This document shows positions 10,166 through 20,251 of a stretch of DNA of 64,000 bases, in pieces (position 1 is the first letter of the stretch; each line of letters starts with the position of its first letter). This DNA is from Candidatus Latescibacterota bacterium (GTDB lineage Bacteria; Latescibacterota; UBA2968; UBA8231): contig CBDCNM010000002.1 of NCBI GenBank assembly GCA_965219385.1, positions 654,639 through 718,638 on the forward strand, read 5' to 3'. The notes below the pieces were generated by a model. The model was not told the origin of the DNA. It saw only the letters and a program-made list of their open reading frames with translations, and did no database searches. Both the position numbers and the translations under genes were made by a program.

Positions 10166-11103
10166 AGCGTCGGCCGCGCACCAGGCAAAGCCGCGAAAAC
10201 CTCAACGGCTATCTCTTTGCCGCTCCCTGGCTCATTGGTTTCTTCGCTCTCACCCTGGGGCCCATGCTGGCCTCGCTCTTCCTGGGTTTTCTGCACTGGG
10301 ACGGCATCAGCATGGACACCATAGCCTGGGTGGGTCTGGACAACTACGAGCGCGCCCTGGCCGATCCCGATCTGGGCCTCGCGCTGTGGAACACCGCCTA
10401 TTACAGCTTCGTCAGCGTGCCGCTCGGCCTGATGGTGGCCCTGGGCCTGGCCATCCTGCTCAACCAGCCGCTGCGGGGCATTGCCCTGTTCCGCACCATC
10501 TTCTACATGCCGGCCGTGGTCGGCGGAGTGGCGACCATCATGATGTGGATCTGGGTCTTCAACCCGGACTACGGCCTGCTCAACTCGGCCCTGATCAAGA
10601 TCTGTCGCCTCCTCGTCTTTTTCGGCCTGGAGCAGGCCGCCCAATGGGAGATGCCCCGGTGGATCTTCAGCGCTATCTGGGCCAAGCCGTCCCTGATCCT
10701 CATGAGTCTGTGGGAGACCGGCGCTTCCATGCTGATCTTCCTGGCCGCTTTGCAGAATGTCCCGGACGCGCTCTACGAAGCGGCGGATCTGGACGGGGCC
10801 GGGCGCTGGAAGAAATTCCTCCACGTCACCATCCCGCAGATCTCGCCGGCGCTCTTCTTCAACTTGGTCATGGGGGTGATCGGCTCGTTTCAGGTGTTCT
10901 CACAGGCTTTTTTGATGACCGATGGCGGCCCCAACAAAGCCACCCTGTTCTACGTGCTCTACCTCTACAACAAGGCCTTCGGCGATTTCGAGATCGGCTA
11001 TGCCAGCGCCCTGGCCTGGATTTTGTTCACCATCATCATGTTCTTTTCCGCTCTTGTCTTCCGCTCCGGCAAGCTGTGGGTCTACTACGAGGGCGAGGAT
11101 TGA
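10162..11103 (+). CDS. Carbohydrate ABC transporter permease
   Basis: EAA loop 'LYEAADLDGAGRWKKFLHVTIP'; 'GYASALAW'. Confidence 0.92.
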   Translation: MKRRPRTRQSRENLNGYLFAAPWLIGFFALTLGPMLASLFLGFLHWDGISMDTIAWVGLDNYERALADPDLGLALWNTAYYSFVSVPLGLMVALGLAILLNQPLRGIALFRTIFYMPAVVGGVATIMMWIWVFNPDYGLLNSALIKICRLLVFFGLEQAAQWEMPRWIFSAIWAKPSLILMSLWETGASMLIFLAALQNVPDALYEAADLDGAGRWKKFLHVTIPQISPALFFNLVMGVIGSFQVFSQAFLMTDGGPNKATLFYVLYLYNKAFGDFEIGYASALAWILFTIIMFFSALVFRSGKLWVYYEGED

Positions 11104-11115
11104 TCCGGGTTTGCG

Positions 11116-11985
11116 ATGAAGGATACAACCACAAAATCGAGCCGCTCCTACAAGCTGCGCCGGCAGGCCTTCAGAGGGCTTCTCTATCTGTTGGCCGGCG
11201 CTCTTTCGGCCGTATTCCTCTTCCCGCTCCTGTGGGCCCTGGGCGCGTCTTTCAAACCTCTGATCGAGGTCTACCGCTTCCCTCCGAGCTTTTTGTACTG
11301 GCCGCCGCATTGGGAGAACTACCCCGAGGCCATTTCCAAGCTGCCTTTCTTTCGCTTCATGGCCAACACCTGCATCATCACCCTGGCGGCCACCGTCGGC
11401 CAGTTGTGCTCGGCCTCGCTGGCCGGCTATGCCTTTGCGCGGCTCGACTGGAAGGGGCGCGATTTCTGGTTCGTCTGCATGCTGGCCACCATGATGTTGC
11501 CCGGCCAGGTGCTGCTGATTCCGCACTATCTGCTCTACAAAAACCTCGGCTGGGTCAACACCTACAAACCGCTGATCGTGCCGGCCTGGGTGGGGGGCAG
11601 TGCCTTTTCCATATTCTTGTTCCGCCAGTTTTTCAAAGGCGTGCCCGGGGAACTGATTGATGCGGCCCGCATGGACGGCGCCGGCGAGCTGCGCATCTAC
11701 GCCCACATCGTCCTGCCGCTGGCCAAATCGGTTTTGATCACGGTCGGGGTTTTGAGCTTCATGGGCAACTGGAAGGAGTTCATGATGCCGTTGATCTACC
11801 TGTCCGACTACCAGCAGTATCCCATTTCACTGGGGCTGCGGATGTACCAGCAGGTCGAGGGCGGTGCCTTTGTCCACTACTTGATGGCGGCCAGCATGGT
11901 GGCGTTGCTGCCGTTGCTGGTGCTGTTTTTCCTTTCTCAACGCTACATCGCCAAGAGTTTGTTGCTGACCGGTTCCAAGGGATGA
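11116..11985 (+). CDS. Carbohydrate ABC transporter permease
   Basis: 'RQFFKGVPGELIDAARMDGA', 'AGYAFARL'. Confidence 0.92.
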   Translation: MKDTTTKSSRSYKLRRQAFRGLLYLLAGALSAVFLFPLLWALGASFKPLIEVYRFPPSFLYWPPHWENYPEAISKLPFFRFMANTCIITLAATVGQLCSASLAGYAFARLDWKGRDFWFVCMLATMMLPGQVLLIPHYLLYKNLGWVNTYKPLIVPAWVGGSAFSIFLFRQFFKGVPGELIDAARMDGAGELRIYAHIVLPLAKSVLITVGVLSFMGNWKEFMMPLIYLSDYQQYPISLGLRMYQQVEGGAFVHYLMAASMVALLPLLVLFFLSQRYIAKSLLLTGSKG

Positions 11986-12004
11986 CGGTCTCCAAGAAGC
12001 CATT

Positions 12005-12823
12005 TCAAAACCTTCCGCCGGTCTTCACGTCCGTAGTCAGTGCCTTGAGGCAAGCGTCGTCGAGCGGCTGCAGCGGGGTAAAATCGCGGTTGTGGTGATG
12101 CCAGTCGCGTTCCGTGCCGGTGCAGGCATTGCTGGCGGCATTGTAGATCAGATACATGATCGCCCGCCGCCAGGGAGAGACATTGTTGGCCGAACCATGC
12201 AGGAGGCTGCAGTGGACAAAACAGACCGATCCCGCAGGTCCTATCAAGGCCTCGATGCCGTTTTCGGCGGCCAGCCGCTCCATGGTGGCTTGATCTATGT
12301 GCATCAGGGAATACCCTTTCCCTTTCGCGTCCTCGTGCAGCTTCGAGTCTATCAGGCCGAAACAGTGTGAGCCGGGCACGATCAGGAGAGGGGACTTGAC
12401 CGCGGTGCAGTCGTCGATAAACACCGCGGCCAGGATGCAGCGCGGCTCGGGCATGCCGTCGATGATGTGCCACGGGGGGTAATCCTGGTGCCAGTCCCAG
12501 GCGGCCCCCCCGCCGAAGCCGTGTTTGGGATTTATGCGGCTCTGGTGGAGGTAGACATCGTCCTTCAACAGCTGGCGGACCGGGTTGAGCAGACGGGGGA
12601 GCAGGGAGAGGCAGCGGAAGGGTTCGGAGTAGATATGCGCCCCAAAGGCCAGCCGGGCGACGGTGGGATCTTCCTTTTCGCGTACCACTTCCGGTCCCTG
12701 GCGACGCAGGATTGCCGGCATTGCTTCTTGCAGAGCGGTCACTTCGTCGTGGTCCAGTAATTCCGGGAAAAACAGGTAGCCTTGTTGGTCGAATTGTGCG
12801 AGCTGGGCATCGTTGAGTTGCAT
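12005..12823 (-). CDS. Phytanoyl-CoA dioxygenase family Fe(II)/2OG oxygenase (EctD-like)
   Basis: 'FDQQGY', HxD in 'WHQD', 'PGSH', distal 'LLHGS' and 'RR'. Confidence 0.88.
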   Translation of the reverse strand: MQLNDAQLAQFDQQGYLFFPELLDHDEVTALQEAMPAILRRQGPEVVREKEDPTVARLAFGAHIYSEPFRCLSLLPRLLNPVRQLLKDDVYLHQSRINPKHGFGGGAAWDWHQDYPPWHIIDGMPEPRCILAAVFIDDCTAVKSPLLIVPGSHCFGLIDSKLHEDAKGKGYSLMHIDQATMERLAAENGIEALIGPAGSVCFVHCSLLHGSANNVSPWRRAIMYLIYNAASNACTGTERDWHHHNRDFTPLQPLDDACLKALTTDVKTGGRF

Positions 12824-12858
12824 GATGTTTACGTGTCCTTCTCAGGGTGGTGAACTTT

Positions 12859-13917
12859 CTACACCTGCGGAACGGCCACCGGGACTTGGTGCCGAGCCGA
12901 TTTCAGCACGGCAAGGGCGACGGCCAGCGACCGGGTGCCGTCGCGGCCGTCTACCAGCGGTTCTTCCTCGCCCCGGACCACGCGGCAAAAGTGTTCGAGC
13001 TGGGACTGGAGGGGATCGGCCTGGGCAATTTTCACGCCCGACTTTGCCAGCGGATATTGCCAGCCCGAGCCCTCGTCCCCGGCATAACGCCATAGCTCCA
13101 TGCGCGGAAAGGCCAGGGAACCCGAGGTGCCGAGAAAGTGGTAGCAGTTTTCATCGCTAGAAAAATAATACGGATTTTCATGCGTGGTCGCCTCGTACGA
13201 CCAGGGGGAAGGGGTCGCGTCCGAGGCCAGAATCGAAGCCAGGGCTCCATGCTCAAAGGCAAGCGAGATGGTCAGGGAATCCTCGACACCGAGCTTGCGT
13301 ACCGCCGAACTGAATTGGGCGTGGACCTGGCGGATTTCGCCACAGAGGAAGCGCAAGGTGTCGAGTTCGTGAATCAGGTTGATGAAGGTCGGGCCGCCAC
13401 CCGGACGCCTGCAGCGCCACTCCACCTGGTAATAATCGGCCGGCTTCAACAAAGCCCACAGCATGGAAACGCCGACCAGCCTGCCGAGTGTACCTCCCTT
13501 GATGATGGAGCGCGCTTCTTTGATCAAGGGATTGTGGCGGCGGTGATGGCCGACCAGGATCTGGATTCCACTCTCATCGGCCACCCTGACGATGCCCTGC
13601 GCTTCATCGAGGGTAGCGGCCATCGGCTTTTCGATCAGGAGGTGCACGGAGTGTCTGGCGCAGACCCTGGCACCGGCTGCATGCAATCCGTTGGGAGTGG
13701 CCACGATCGCCCCTTCCGGCCGCTCGCGTTCGAGCAACTCTTCGAGGTTCTGGTAGAAGGGGACCTCGAGTTTTGCGGCAAGGGACCTGTGGCCGGGATC
13801 GACATCACAGATGCCTGCCAGGTCACATGCGCTGTGGGCCTTGATGAGGGCTGCGTGTTTTTTGCCGATCAGGCCGGTGCCGATGACCGACAATTTTACC
13901 GGTTTTATACGGGGCAT
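12859..13917 (-). CDS. Gfo/Idh/MocA family oxidoreductase
   Basis: 'VIGTGLIG', 'ATPNGLH', 'EKPMA', 'GHHRRHNP', 'GGGP..INLIHELD'. Confidence 0.92.
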   Translation of the reverse strand: MPRIKPVKLSVIGTGLIGKKHAALIKAHSACDLAGICDVDPGHRSLAAKLEVPFYQNLEELLERERPEGAIVATPNGLHAAGARVCARHSVHLLIEKPMAATLDEAQGIVRVADESGIQILVGHHRRHNPLIKEARSIIKGGTLGRLVGVSMLWALLKPADYYQVEWRCRRPGGGPTFINLIHELDTLRFLCGEIRQVHAQFSSAVRKLGVEDSLTISLAFEHGALASILASDATPSPWSYEATTHENPYYFSSDENCYHFLGTSGSLAFPRMELWRYAGDEGSGWQYPLAKSGVKIAQADPLQSQLEHFCRVVRGEEEPLVDGRDGTRSLAVALAVLKSARHQVPVAVPQV

Positions 13918-13939
13918 GATCTTCCTGGAGATTGGCGAG

Positions 13940-15226
13940 TTAGGTGCAAAGGGTCTCGAAGGCCTCTGCGGCTACCTCCAGGGTCTGGTCGATGTCCGCG
14001 GGAGTATGGGCCAGGGAAAGGTAGAGCTTCTGGCCCGAGACAAAGATGCCGCGGCGCAGCAGCTCCGTGTTGAATTGCTGTTTGGCCCGGGCGTCGGTTG
14101 CAAGGCCGTCGGCGTAGGTGCGGACCGGCCTGCACCCGAATACCGGCTCCAGCACCGGGCCATCGCCGATGACCTGGAACGGAATATCCAGATTCCGGGC
14201 TCGTTCCTCCAGGCCCTGACGGAGGCGGTGGGCGGTTTCGTAGAGCCGGGGATAGACCCCCTCTTTCTCCAGTTCGTCCAGGGTGGCCAGCCCGGCTGTG
14301 GTGGCCACTGGGTTGCCATTGGTGGTCCCGCTCACAAAGACGAAGGAGGGCTCGCCTTTGCGTCTGGGATCGGCGCAGCCCATGATGTCGGCGCGACCGC
14401 AGACCGCGGCCAGGGGATACCCGCCGCTGATGGTCTTGCCGTAGACTGCCAGATCCGGCACCACGCCGTAGCGCTCCTGGGCGCCGCCCCAGGCCAGGCG
14501 AAAACCGGTGACGACCTCGTCGAAGATCAGCAGGACATCGTGGGCCTGGCTGGCTTCTCTGAGGGCTTCTAGAAAACCGGGCTCCGGAGCAAGGGCGCGC
14601 TGCAGGGGTTCGACGATGACCGCGGCCAGATCGGCGGCATGGGTCCGGATCAAATCCACGGCGGCATCGGGCTGGTTGAAGGGGGCCACCAGCACGGTCT
14701 GCGAGACGCCCTGCGGAATGCCTCCGGAATCGGTGATGGGCGCGGGATAATCCGATGGCCTGGCCGAAGAGGCGCTCTGCTGGGCGTAGTCGTGGGCTCC
14801 GTGCCAGCCGCCCTCGAATTTGAGGATCTTTTCCCGGCCGGTGAAGGCCCGGGCCAGGCGCAGGGCGGTGAAGGTCCCTTCGGTGCCGGAGGCGGTAAAG
14901 CGCAGCAGCTCGCCGCAGGGTGAGGCCTCCACGATTCGCTGCGCCAGGTGCACGGCGGGTTCGTTGAGTCCGTAGAAGGTCGAGCCGAGGCCCACCTGCC
15001 GGCGCACGGCCTGGACCACGGCAGGGTGGGCGTGGCCCAGGATCATGGGACCGGAGCCCATGACGTAGTCGATGTACTCCCGGCCATCCACATCGTAGAT
15101 GCGGCTGCCCTCGCCGCGCTGGAATACGGTGGCCACCTCGTCCGGCAGCCGGAACATGCCCAGGCAGCCGCCGACCAGGAAGTGTTCGGCCTGGTCGAGG
15201 AGTTGGCGGGTGTTTGGGGTGGTCAT
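13940..15226 (-). CDS. Class III PLP-dependent aminotransferase (GSA aminomutase-like)
   Basis: 'YDVDGREYID', 'ILGHAHP', 'SGTE', 'LLIFDEVVTGFR', 'GKTISGGYP'. Confidence 0.88.
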   Translation of the reverse strand: MTTPNTRQLLDQAEHFLVGGCLGMFRLPDEVATVFQRGEGSRIYDVDGREYIDYVMGSGPMILGHAHPAVVQAVRRQVGLGSTFYGLNEPAVHLAQRIVEASPCGELLRFTASGTEGTFTALRLARAFTGREKILKFEGGWHGAHDYAQQSASSARPSDYPAPITDSGGIPQGVSQTVLVAPFNQPDAAVDLIRTHAADLAAVIVEPLQRALAPEPGFLEALREASQAHDVLLIFDEVVTGFRLAWGGAQERYGVVPDLAVYGKTISGGYPLAAVCGRADIMGCADPRRKGEPSFVFVSGTTNGNPVATTAGLATLDELEKEGVYPRLYETAHRLRQGLEERARNLDIPFQVIGDGPVLEPVFGCRPVRTYADGLATDARAKQQFNTELLRRGIFVSGQKLYLSLAHTPADIDQTLEVAAEAFETLCT

Positions 15227-15310
15227 TTTTTTGGCCTTGTTTTAGGGGGTAAGTACTGTGCACGAGCAACGACGGCCGTCCGGGGACCTTGCCCGGCCTC
15301 GGAGTTCGGT

Positions 15311-16390
15311 CTACACCCGGTAGCGCTCGACCGCGTCCAGGGCCAGGTCCGCGCCCAGACCGGGTTTTTCCGGTATCTTGACGTAGCTGTCCTCTACCTT
15401 CAGAGGCTCCTGCAACAAATCGTGCTCCAGCAGAGGTACGAGGGAGACGTGGCCCAGGGTAGCGTTGGGGATGGCCGCGGCCAGGTGCATCATGAAGAGC
15501 AAGGAAACCCCCGTGGCTTCGGTGCCCAGCTGCATCCAGAAAGGTTTGTTCCGGGCGCCGCAGATATGGGCGTTGCGCATGGTGCTGGCGACTCTGGCGC
15601 CCAGGATGAAGTAGTCGTAGGCCTCCGATTGCAGGGCCTCGATGGGTTCGGGGGCGCCCATGTGGTGCGCCAGGGGATAACCCAGTTCTTGCTTGAGGGT
15701 GCGGTAGCCTTCAATGTCGCTCTGATTGATGGGGGATTCCAGGCAGTGGACCTGGGGGTATTTTTTTAACTCCCTGCCGACCGAAAGGGCGCGTTCGAGG
15801 GTGCCGAAGGTCTGGTTGGCGTCGATGGTGAGTTCGTAGTCTTCCGGGGTCACCTCTGCTATCGCGGCCACCTGTTCCACCACGTCGGTGTGGGCGCGGC
15901 GCTTGAACTTGTGCACCTTTAAGCCCTTCTCCAGAGCGATTTTTGCTTCTTGCCGGATTACCTCGGGCGGGAAGCAGTGCGACCAGTAGGCCATGGGGGC
16001 GCTCTCCCGGCTCGGGCCCAGAAGCCGCGCGATGGGCAGGCCGAGAAATTGGCCCATGAGATCGTAGAAGGCGATCTGCAGGGGACCGGGACCGTCATCC
16101 ATAATGAACTCGAAGGGGCTGCGGCCCACGTAGGTCTGGAGCTGGTCATCGGAGAGGGCCGTGCCTTCGCCGACGCCGATCAGGCCTTCGTCGGTGTGCA
16201 CCTGGTAAAGGGAGTCCTGCACCGAGGGAGGCGACGAGTCCTTCCACGTCTGGTAGAACTCGTCTTTCTTTTCCTGGAATTCCTCGTCCGTGGCGCGGTT
16301 GCCCAGATTCCAACCCTTTTGCAGGTGCTCGCGGACCCGCTCCTGATAGGGGATGTGCAAGGCGATGTGTTCTATGCGGGTGATTTTCAT
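15311..16390 (-). CDS. Mandelate racemase/muconate lactonizing enzyme family protein
   Basis: 'MKITRIE', 'HTDEGLIGVGE', 'HKFK', 'IDANQ', 'ESP', 'PGLG'. Confidence 0.8.
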   Translation of the reverse strand: MKITRIEHIALHIPYQERVREHLQKGWNLGNRATDEEFQEKKDEFYQTWKDSSPPSVQDSLYQVHTDEGLIGVGEGTALSDDQLQTYVGRSPFEFIMDDGPGPLQIAFYDLMGQFLGLPIARLLGPSRESAPMAYWSHCFPPEVIRQEAKIALEKGLKVHKFKRRAHTDVVEQVAAIAEVTPEDYELTIDANQTFGTLERALSVGRELKKYPQVHCLESPINQSDIEGYRTLKQELGYPLAHHMGAPEPIEALQSEAYDYFILGARVASTMRNAHICGARNKPFWMQLGTEATGVSLLFMMHLAAAIPNATLGHVSLVPLLEHDLLQEPLKVEDSYVKIPEKPGLGADLALDAVERYRV

Positions 16391-16511
16391 GGTCTTTCCT
16401 TCTGGCTTGGAAGGCCGCTAGACAACTTTCAAATATTCCTGCAACGCTTTCACCCAAAAATAAACATCCAAGGATGTGTACAGTCAATGCCCGTTCCCAC
16501 GACCTGTACAC

Positions 16512-18092
16512 TCAATCCCCGTATTCAAGCAACACCTCCACACCCTTCAGCAGGACCGGGCCGCGGCCTTTGCGGTTTGCCGTCACCAGGCGGATTTCCA
16601 GCTCGTTATCTCCCTGCCTGAGAGGGGGACAATCCACCTCGTACTCCACGCTGACGCCGGACTGTTTCACCTCCGCGATCCGCACCGGATAGTGCTCCCA
16701 GAACCGCGCCTCCACTTCCCGACGCATCCAGCCGTCAAAGCAAACCCGGCTCGAGTCCCAGGGAAGGGCCTCCTGGTTGAGTTGCACTTCGAGCTGGTCG
16801 TCCGGCGTCAGGTCGTCGAGGCGCAGGGTCAGGACACAGCGGTTCGGGAGGCGGGCCGCCCGCCCCTCTCGCAGATCGTCCGCCACATCGAGGCGCAGTA
16901 CGGCGCCCCGGTCCGCGAGGGTTTGCTCCAGCGCCACGGGCAACTGGGCGGCCGGGCTGCCGTAGCGGAAGGCGGCCTCGATATTGCCGACCGGATAGGC
17001 GCAGTGGTAGGGGGTGGTGAAGCGGCCGGTCTGGTCGAGTTCGTAACGCTTGTCCAGATGCTTCAGGACCTCCGGGTCGGCCAGCTGATGCAAAACCCGT
17101 TTATTCCACTCGGGTCCCGCGGTGTAGAAGTTGTAAAGGTAAATGCCCGAGGCCCCGGCGGCCCAGAAGCGGCTGGCGATGGCCCGCAGGTTCTTTTCGT
17201 CGGCGTGGCGAGTGGCCTCGATGCAGCCGTACACCGGGATGCCGCGGTCGGCGCCGGCCACGACGAATTCCTCGATCGGGGTTTCGCAGGGGATGAAGCC
17301 GCCGCCGGCCACGACGACGTCCACCAGGCCCTCGGCCATCCACTGCGCCACGTCGAGGCCGATCCGGGCCGAGTCCGCCAGGGTCGGGGGCACCCGGACC
17401 GCCAGCTGGAGGGCGGTGTCCTCGTGGTCCATGCGGGCGCGCACGTGGCGCAAAAGGTCGGTCATGTGGTGCCGGTTCTGGTAGGCTTCGGTGGTGCGGA
17501 AGAAGGCGGGATGGCGCATGAAGTCCAGTTCCACGCCGTCCACCTCAAAGCGCTCGAATACCTCGCAGATGATGGCGGCCCGGTGCTGGCGGACCTCGGG
17601 AAAGATGAAATTGAGGCCGGTGCGGATGCCGTACTCGATGCTGCCCGCGGGCAGGTTTTCCCCCGGGCGGCCGATCAGGAGTTCGGGATGCCCGCGCCGG
17701 AAGCGGCCCCAGCCCGGGTCGGAGGGTTCAATATCGTAGTGGCTGTTCATGCGGACCCGGGGGAAAAACGGCATTCCCGCCTCGCGGCAGAGTTTGCTCA
17801 GGGCGGTCAGGGGTCCGCCGCAGGTCTTTATGAGGTGGCGGATGTTGTCGGCGGCCCTTCGGTCCGCACCAGGTTCGTCGCCCAGGGCCTCGCCGATGAT
17901 TTCCCCTATTTCGGTCTCGAAGGTGTAGACCTCGTGGTCCCCGGTGCTCCACGACAGGACGGCCGGAATGCCGGCGTAGGCATCGATCATTTTCTCCTTG
18001 ATCTCCCCCAGGCTCAAAGGGGGTTGAGCGGCGCTCAAGAGCCATCCGTCGTCGGTGCAGATGATCGGCGGGAGTTTGGTTTTGGCCAGCAT
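16512..18092 (-). CDS. Hypothetical protein with GHL10-like (glycoside hydrolase-like) TIM barrel and C-terminal beta domain
   Basis: 'RVRMNSH', 'LNFIFPEVRQHR', 'DGVELDFMRHP', 'GIYLYNF'; start set at ATG 18092 just after the upstream stop. Confidence 0.7.
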   Translation of the reverse strand: MLAKTKLPPIICTDDGWLLSAAQPPLSLGEIKEKMIDAYAGIPAVLSWSTGDHEVYTFETEIGEIIGEALGDEPGADRRAADNIRHLIKTCGGPLTALSKLCREAGMPFFPRVRMNSHYDIEPSDPGWGRFRRGHPELLIGRPGENLPAGSIEYGIRTGLNFIFPEVRQHRAAIICEVFERFEVDGVELDFMRHPAFFRTTEAYQNRHHMTDLLRHVRARMDHEDTALQLAVRVPPTLADSARIGLDVAQWMAEGLVDVVVAGGGFIPCETPIEEFVVAGADRGIPVYGCIEATRHADEKNLRAIASRFWAAGASGIYLYNFYTAGPEWNKRVLHQLADPEVLKHLDKRYELDQTGRFTTPYHCAYPVGNIEAAFRYGSPAAQLPVALEQTLADRGAVLRLDVADDLREGRAARLPNRCVLTLRLDDLTPDDQLEVQLNQEALPWDSSRVCFDGWMRREVEARFWEHYPVRIAEVKQSGVSVEYEVDCPPLRQGDNELEIRLVTANRKGRGPVLLKGVEVLLEYGD

Positions 18093-18094
18093 TT

Positions 18095-18859
18095 TTATCC
18101 TTCTGTGCGGCGAATCCGGCGCAGGAGTTTCTGCTCGCGCGGCGACAGGGTCTGGTAGAACGACTCTTTCAAAAACGGGGTTTCCTCGTTGGCTTCCAGC
18201 CGCTGGTGCCCTTCGTGGGAGTGCCAGGGGCGGTTGTGCACGATGACGGCAAAGGGGCGGGGTTCGTCGGTGGGGTTGGGGGTACCGCGGTGCACGGTGC
18301 GCGGGTCGGAGATGAGCACGTCGCCGGCTGCCAGTTCCAGGGGTTTGACCGGGAGTTCGCCGGCTTCGGCCCGGGCCAGGGTCTCGGCCCGGGGCAGATG
18401 CTGGGTGCCTTCGGCCACCTCGAAGGGGCCGTTCTCCAGGGTCATCGCGCCAAAGGTGAAGCGCACCGAGAGCAGGACCGGTGGGTGCTTGTGGGCCAGG
18501 TCCTCGGGGAAGAGGAAGGGGAGATCGGCGTGGAAGCGCTGGTACTCCGATCCCTTTACAGGGGTGTCGGTGCCGTAGTAGGAGATGTGCATGTCCTCCC
18601 CCAGGATGCGACTGGTGATCCGGATGACGGTGTCGTCGTCGAAGAAGGCGGAGTGGTAGAAGGGCTTGGCAAAAGCCAGGCCGATGGCCCAGCGGTTGGG
18701 GCCGCGATTGCCTTCGGGGATGCGTTGGGCAACCTGGTCCAGCAGGGGCAGAAAACCGCGCCGACATTCTTCGAGTTGGGGGCGGGGGAAGTGGTCGCGC
18801 AGGATGCAGTGGCCAACGTCCAGGATGTCCTGGACGCACGAATCGATATCGATGTCCAT
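18095..18859 (-). CDS. Phytanoyl-CoA dioxygenase family protein
   Basis: 'QRFHAD', 'ENGPFEV..GTQ', 'AGDVL...RTVHRG.PN...PR'. Confidence 0.88.
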   Translation of the reverse strand: MDIDIDSCVQDILDVGHCILRDHFPRPQLEECRRGFLPLLDQVAQRIPEGNRGPNRWAIGLAFAKPFYHSAFFDDDTVIRITSRILGEDMHISYYGTDTPVKGSEYQRFHADLPFLFPEDLAHKHPPVLLSVRFTFGAMTLENGPFEVAEGTQHLPRAETLARAEAGELPVKPLELAAGDVLISDPRTVHRGTPNPTDEPRPFAVIVHNRPWHSHEGHQRLEANEETPFLKESFYQTLSPREQKLLRRIRRTEG

Positions 18860-18862
18860 TGT

Positions 18863-20251
18863 TTATCCTTTTCTGCTGAAGGCATCGGGCCTGGCGCTGT
18901 CGGAGGGCCAGTAGCCGTCGGGGGTGGGTTTCCATTGCCTGCCGCACAATCCGGAGATGACACTCCATTCAGCTGCGCCCAGATCTGGATCCGGCTGAAA
19001 GAGGAAGCGCTTCAAGCCCGCCTCCTCCGAGGCGGTCAGGATGCCGTGCAGATCCCTGGCGGGCATGGCCTCGCCGCCGTGTGGACTGCGACCGGTGGAC
19101 ACCCAGGCAATCACCTTGTCGTCGTCGCCGATCGCTTCCAGGGCACGCCGCGTTTCGCCGTAGACGACCTGCGAGAAAAATTCCTCCGGAAACCCCAGTT
19201 CCATATCCGCCAGGGCTTGCACGCCCGGGAGTTCCAGGCCCAGAAACGATTTTACCACCGCAAAACAGTCCGCTTCCGTCAGCGCCGGGTTCCAGTCGGA
19301 GACCTGCTGGGCCCAGCGAGCCATGGTCCCGTACAAACCGTCGTTGCCCCGGTGCCAGAAGTAGTGCTTGGGAAAGATGTAGTCGAAAAGGGAGGCCATC
19401 TGGCAAAAGTCGTGGCCGGTGAGCGAGGAAAAAGCGGCCGTGCGCGGAATCCCCCCCAGCTTGGTCCGGCGCGTCATCCTGTCCATCTGGGCGCGAACGG
19501 CCTCCATGAATCCAAGCGTGGTTTCCCTGCGGGCGCGCAGCCAGTAGAGGGCATCCTCGTTGAGATCGAACAAGATCAAGGCAGCCAGCATTCCGCCCGC
19601 AGCATGATAGCGCACCAGCTCGGGCGTCAGGTTGTGAAAGCGCTTGTTCAGGTGGTCCATGCCGCGGGCCACGCGGTCGATATCCACGCCACTGCTCTCC
19701 AGGCGCCAGCGCCTGAGGCCGTCCAGTTCCAGCAGGGCCTCGCCGCGGTGGTAGGCCAGTTCGTAGAATAGTTCGCCGGGCTGGTCCAGGATGACGCCGT
19801 GGGCCTGGGGATAGGCGTTCACAAGGTCCTGGATCCCGGCGGCGACCTCCACCGCACCGTAGGGATCTTCCTCCGGGGGCAGACCGCTGACGATGTTTTG
19901 TCCGCGCTGGTAGAGCAGCCGCAGTCCATCCCTGGAATCGAAGATCATGATGTGCCAGCCACGGGCGGCGGCGTTGTCCAGCAGGGCGTGAAGCTGCTTC
20001 TCCTTATCCAGGTTGCGCGGCGTCTCTGGAGGGGGGGTGATGCCAAATGAAGCATATACCCTGGGGTCGGCGGGGAAGGAGGGCGTCAGTACATCTCCCC
20101 ACAGCGGCATGCCGGAACCATCCTCCTGCACAAACCACAGCCGGCCCACCACGATACCGCGCACCCCGCCCTCCTCCCATGCATCGAAGGTGCGCTGGTA
20201 GTCCGTCAGCCAGTGCTCAAGGGGGTTGTGGACGAAAATCCACGGCTCCAT
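18863..20251 (-). CDS. Conserved hypothetical protein (paralog of 5780-7087)
   Basis: 462-aa ORF with long motif identity to 5780-7087. Confidence 0.8.
   Translation of the reverse strand: MEPWIFVHNPLEHWLTDYQRTFDAWEEGGVRGIVVGRLWFVQEDGSGMPLWGDVLTPSFPADPRVYASFGITPPPETPRNLDKEKQLHALLDNAAARGWHIMIFDSRDGLRLLYQRGQNIVSGLPPEEDPYGAVEVAAGIQDLVNAYPQAHGVILDQPGELFYELAYHRGEALLELDGLRRWRLESSGVDIDRVARGMDHLNKRFHNLTPELVRYHAAGGMLAALILFDLNEDALYWLRARRETTLGFMEAVRAQMDRMTRRTKLGGIPRTAAFSSLTGHDFCQMASLFDYIFPKHYFWHRGNDGLYGTMARWAQQVSDWNPALTEADCFAVVKSFLGLELPGVQALADMELGFPEEFFSQVVYGETRRALEAIGDDDKVIAWVSTGRSPHGGEAMPARDLHGILTASEEAGLKRFLFQPDPDLGAAEWSVISGLCGRQWKPTPDGYWPSDSARPDAFSRKG

Noticed and set aside
12005..12823. ectD (ectoine hydroxylase)
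   Set aside because: The signature WHSDFETWH is replaced by WHQDYPPWH, and no ect genes are nearby.
13940..15226. hemL
   Set aside because: It lacks the N-terminal GGVNSPVR motif and sits in a catabolic context; only the family is called.
16512..18968. 818-aa ORF as a single protein
   Set aside because: The first about 290 codons are an alternative frame over the PhyH gene; the plausible start is 18092.
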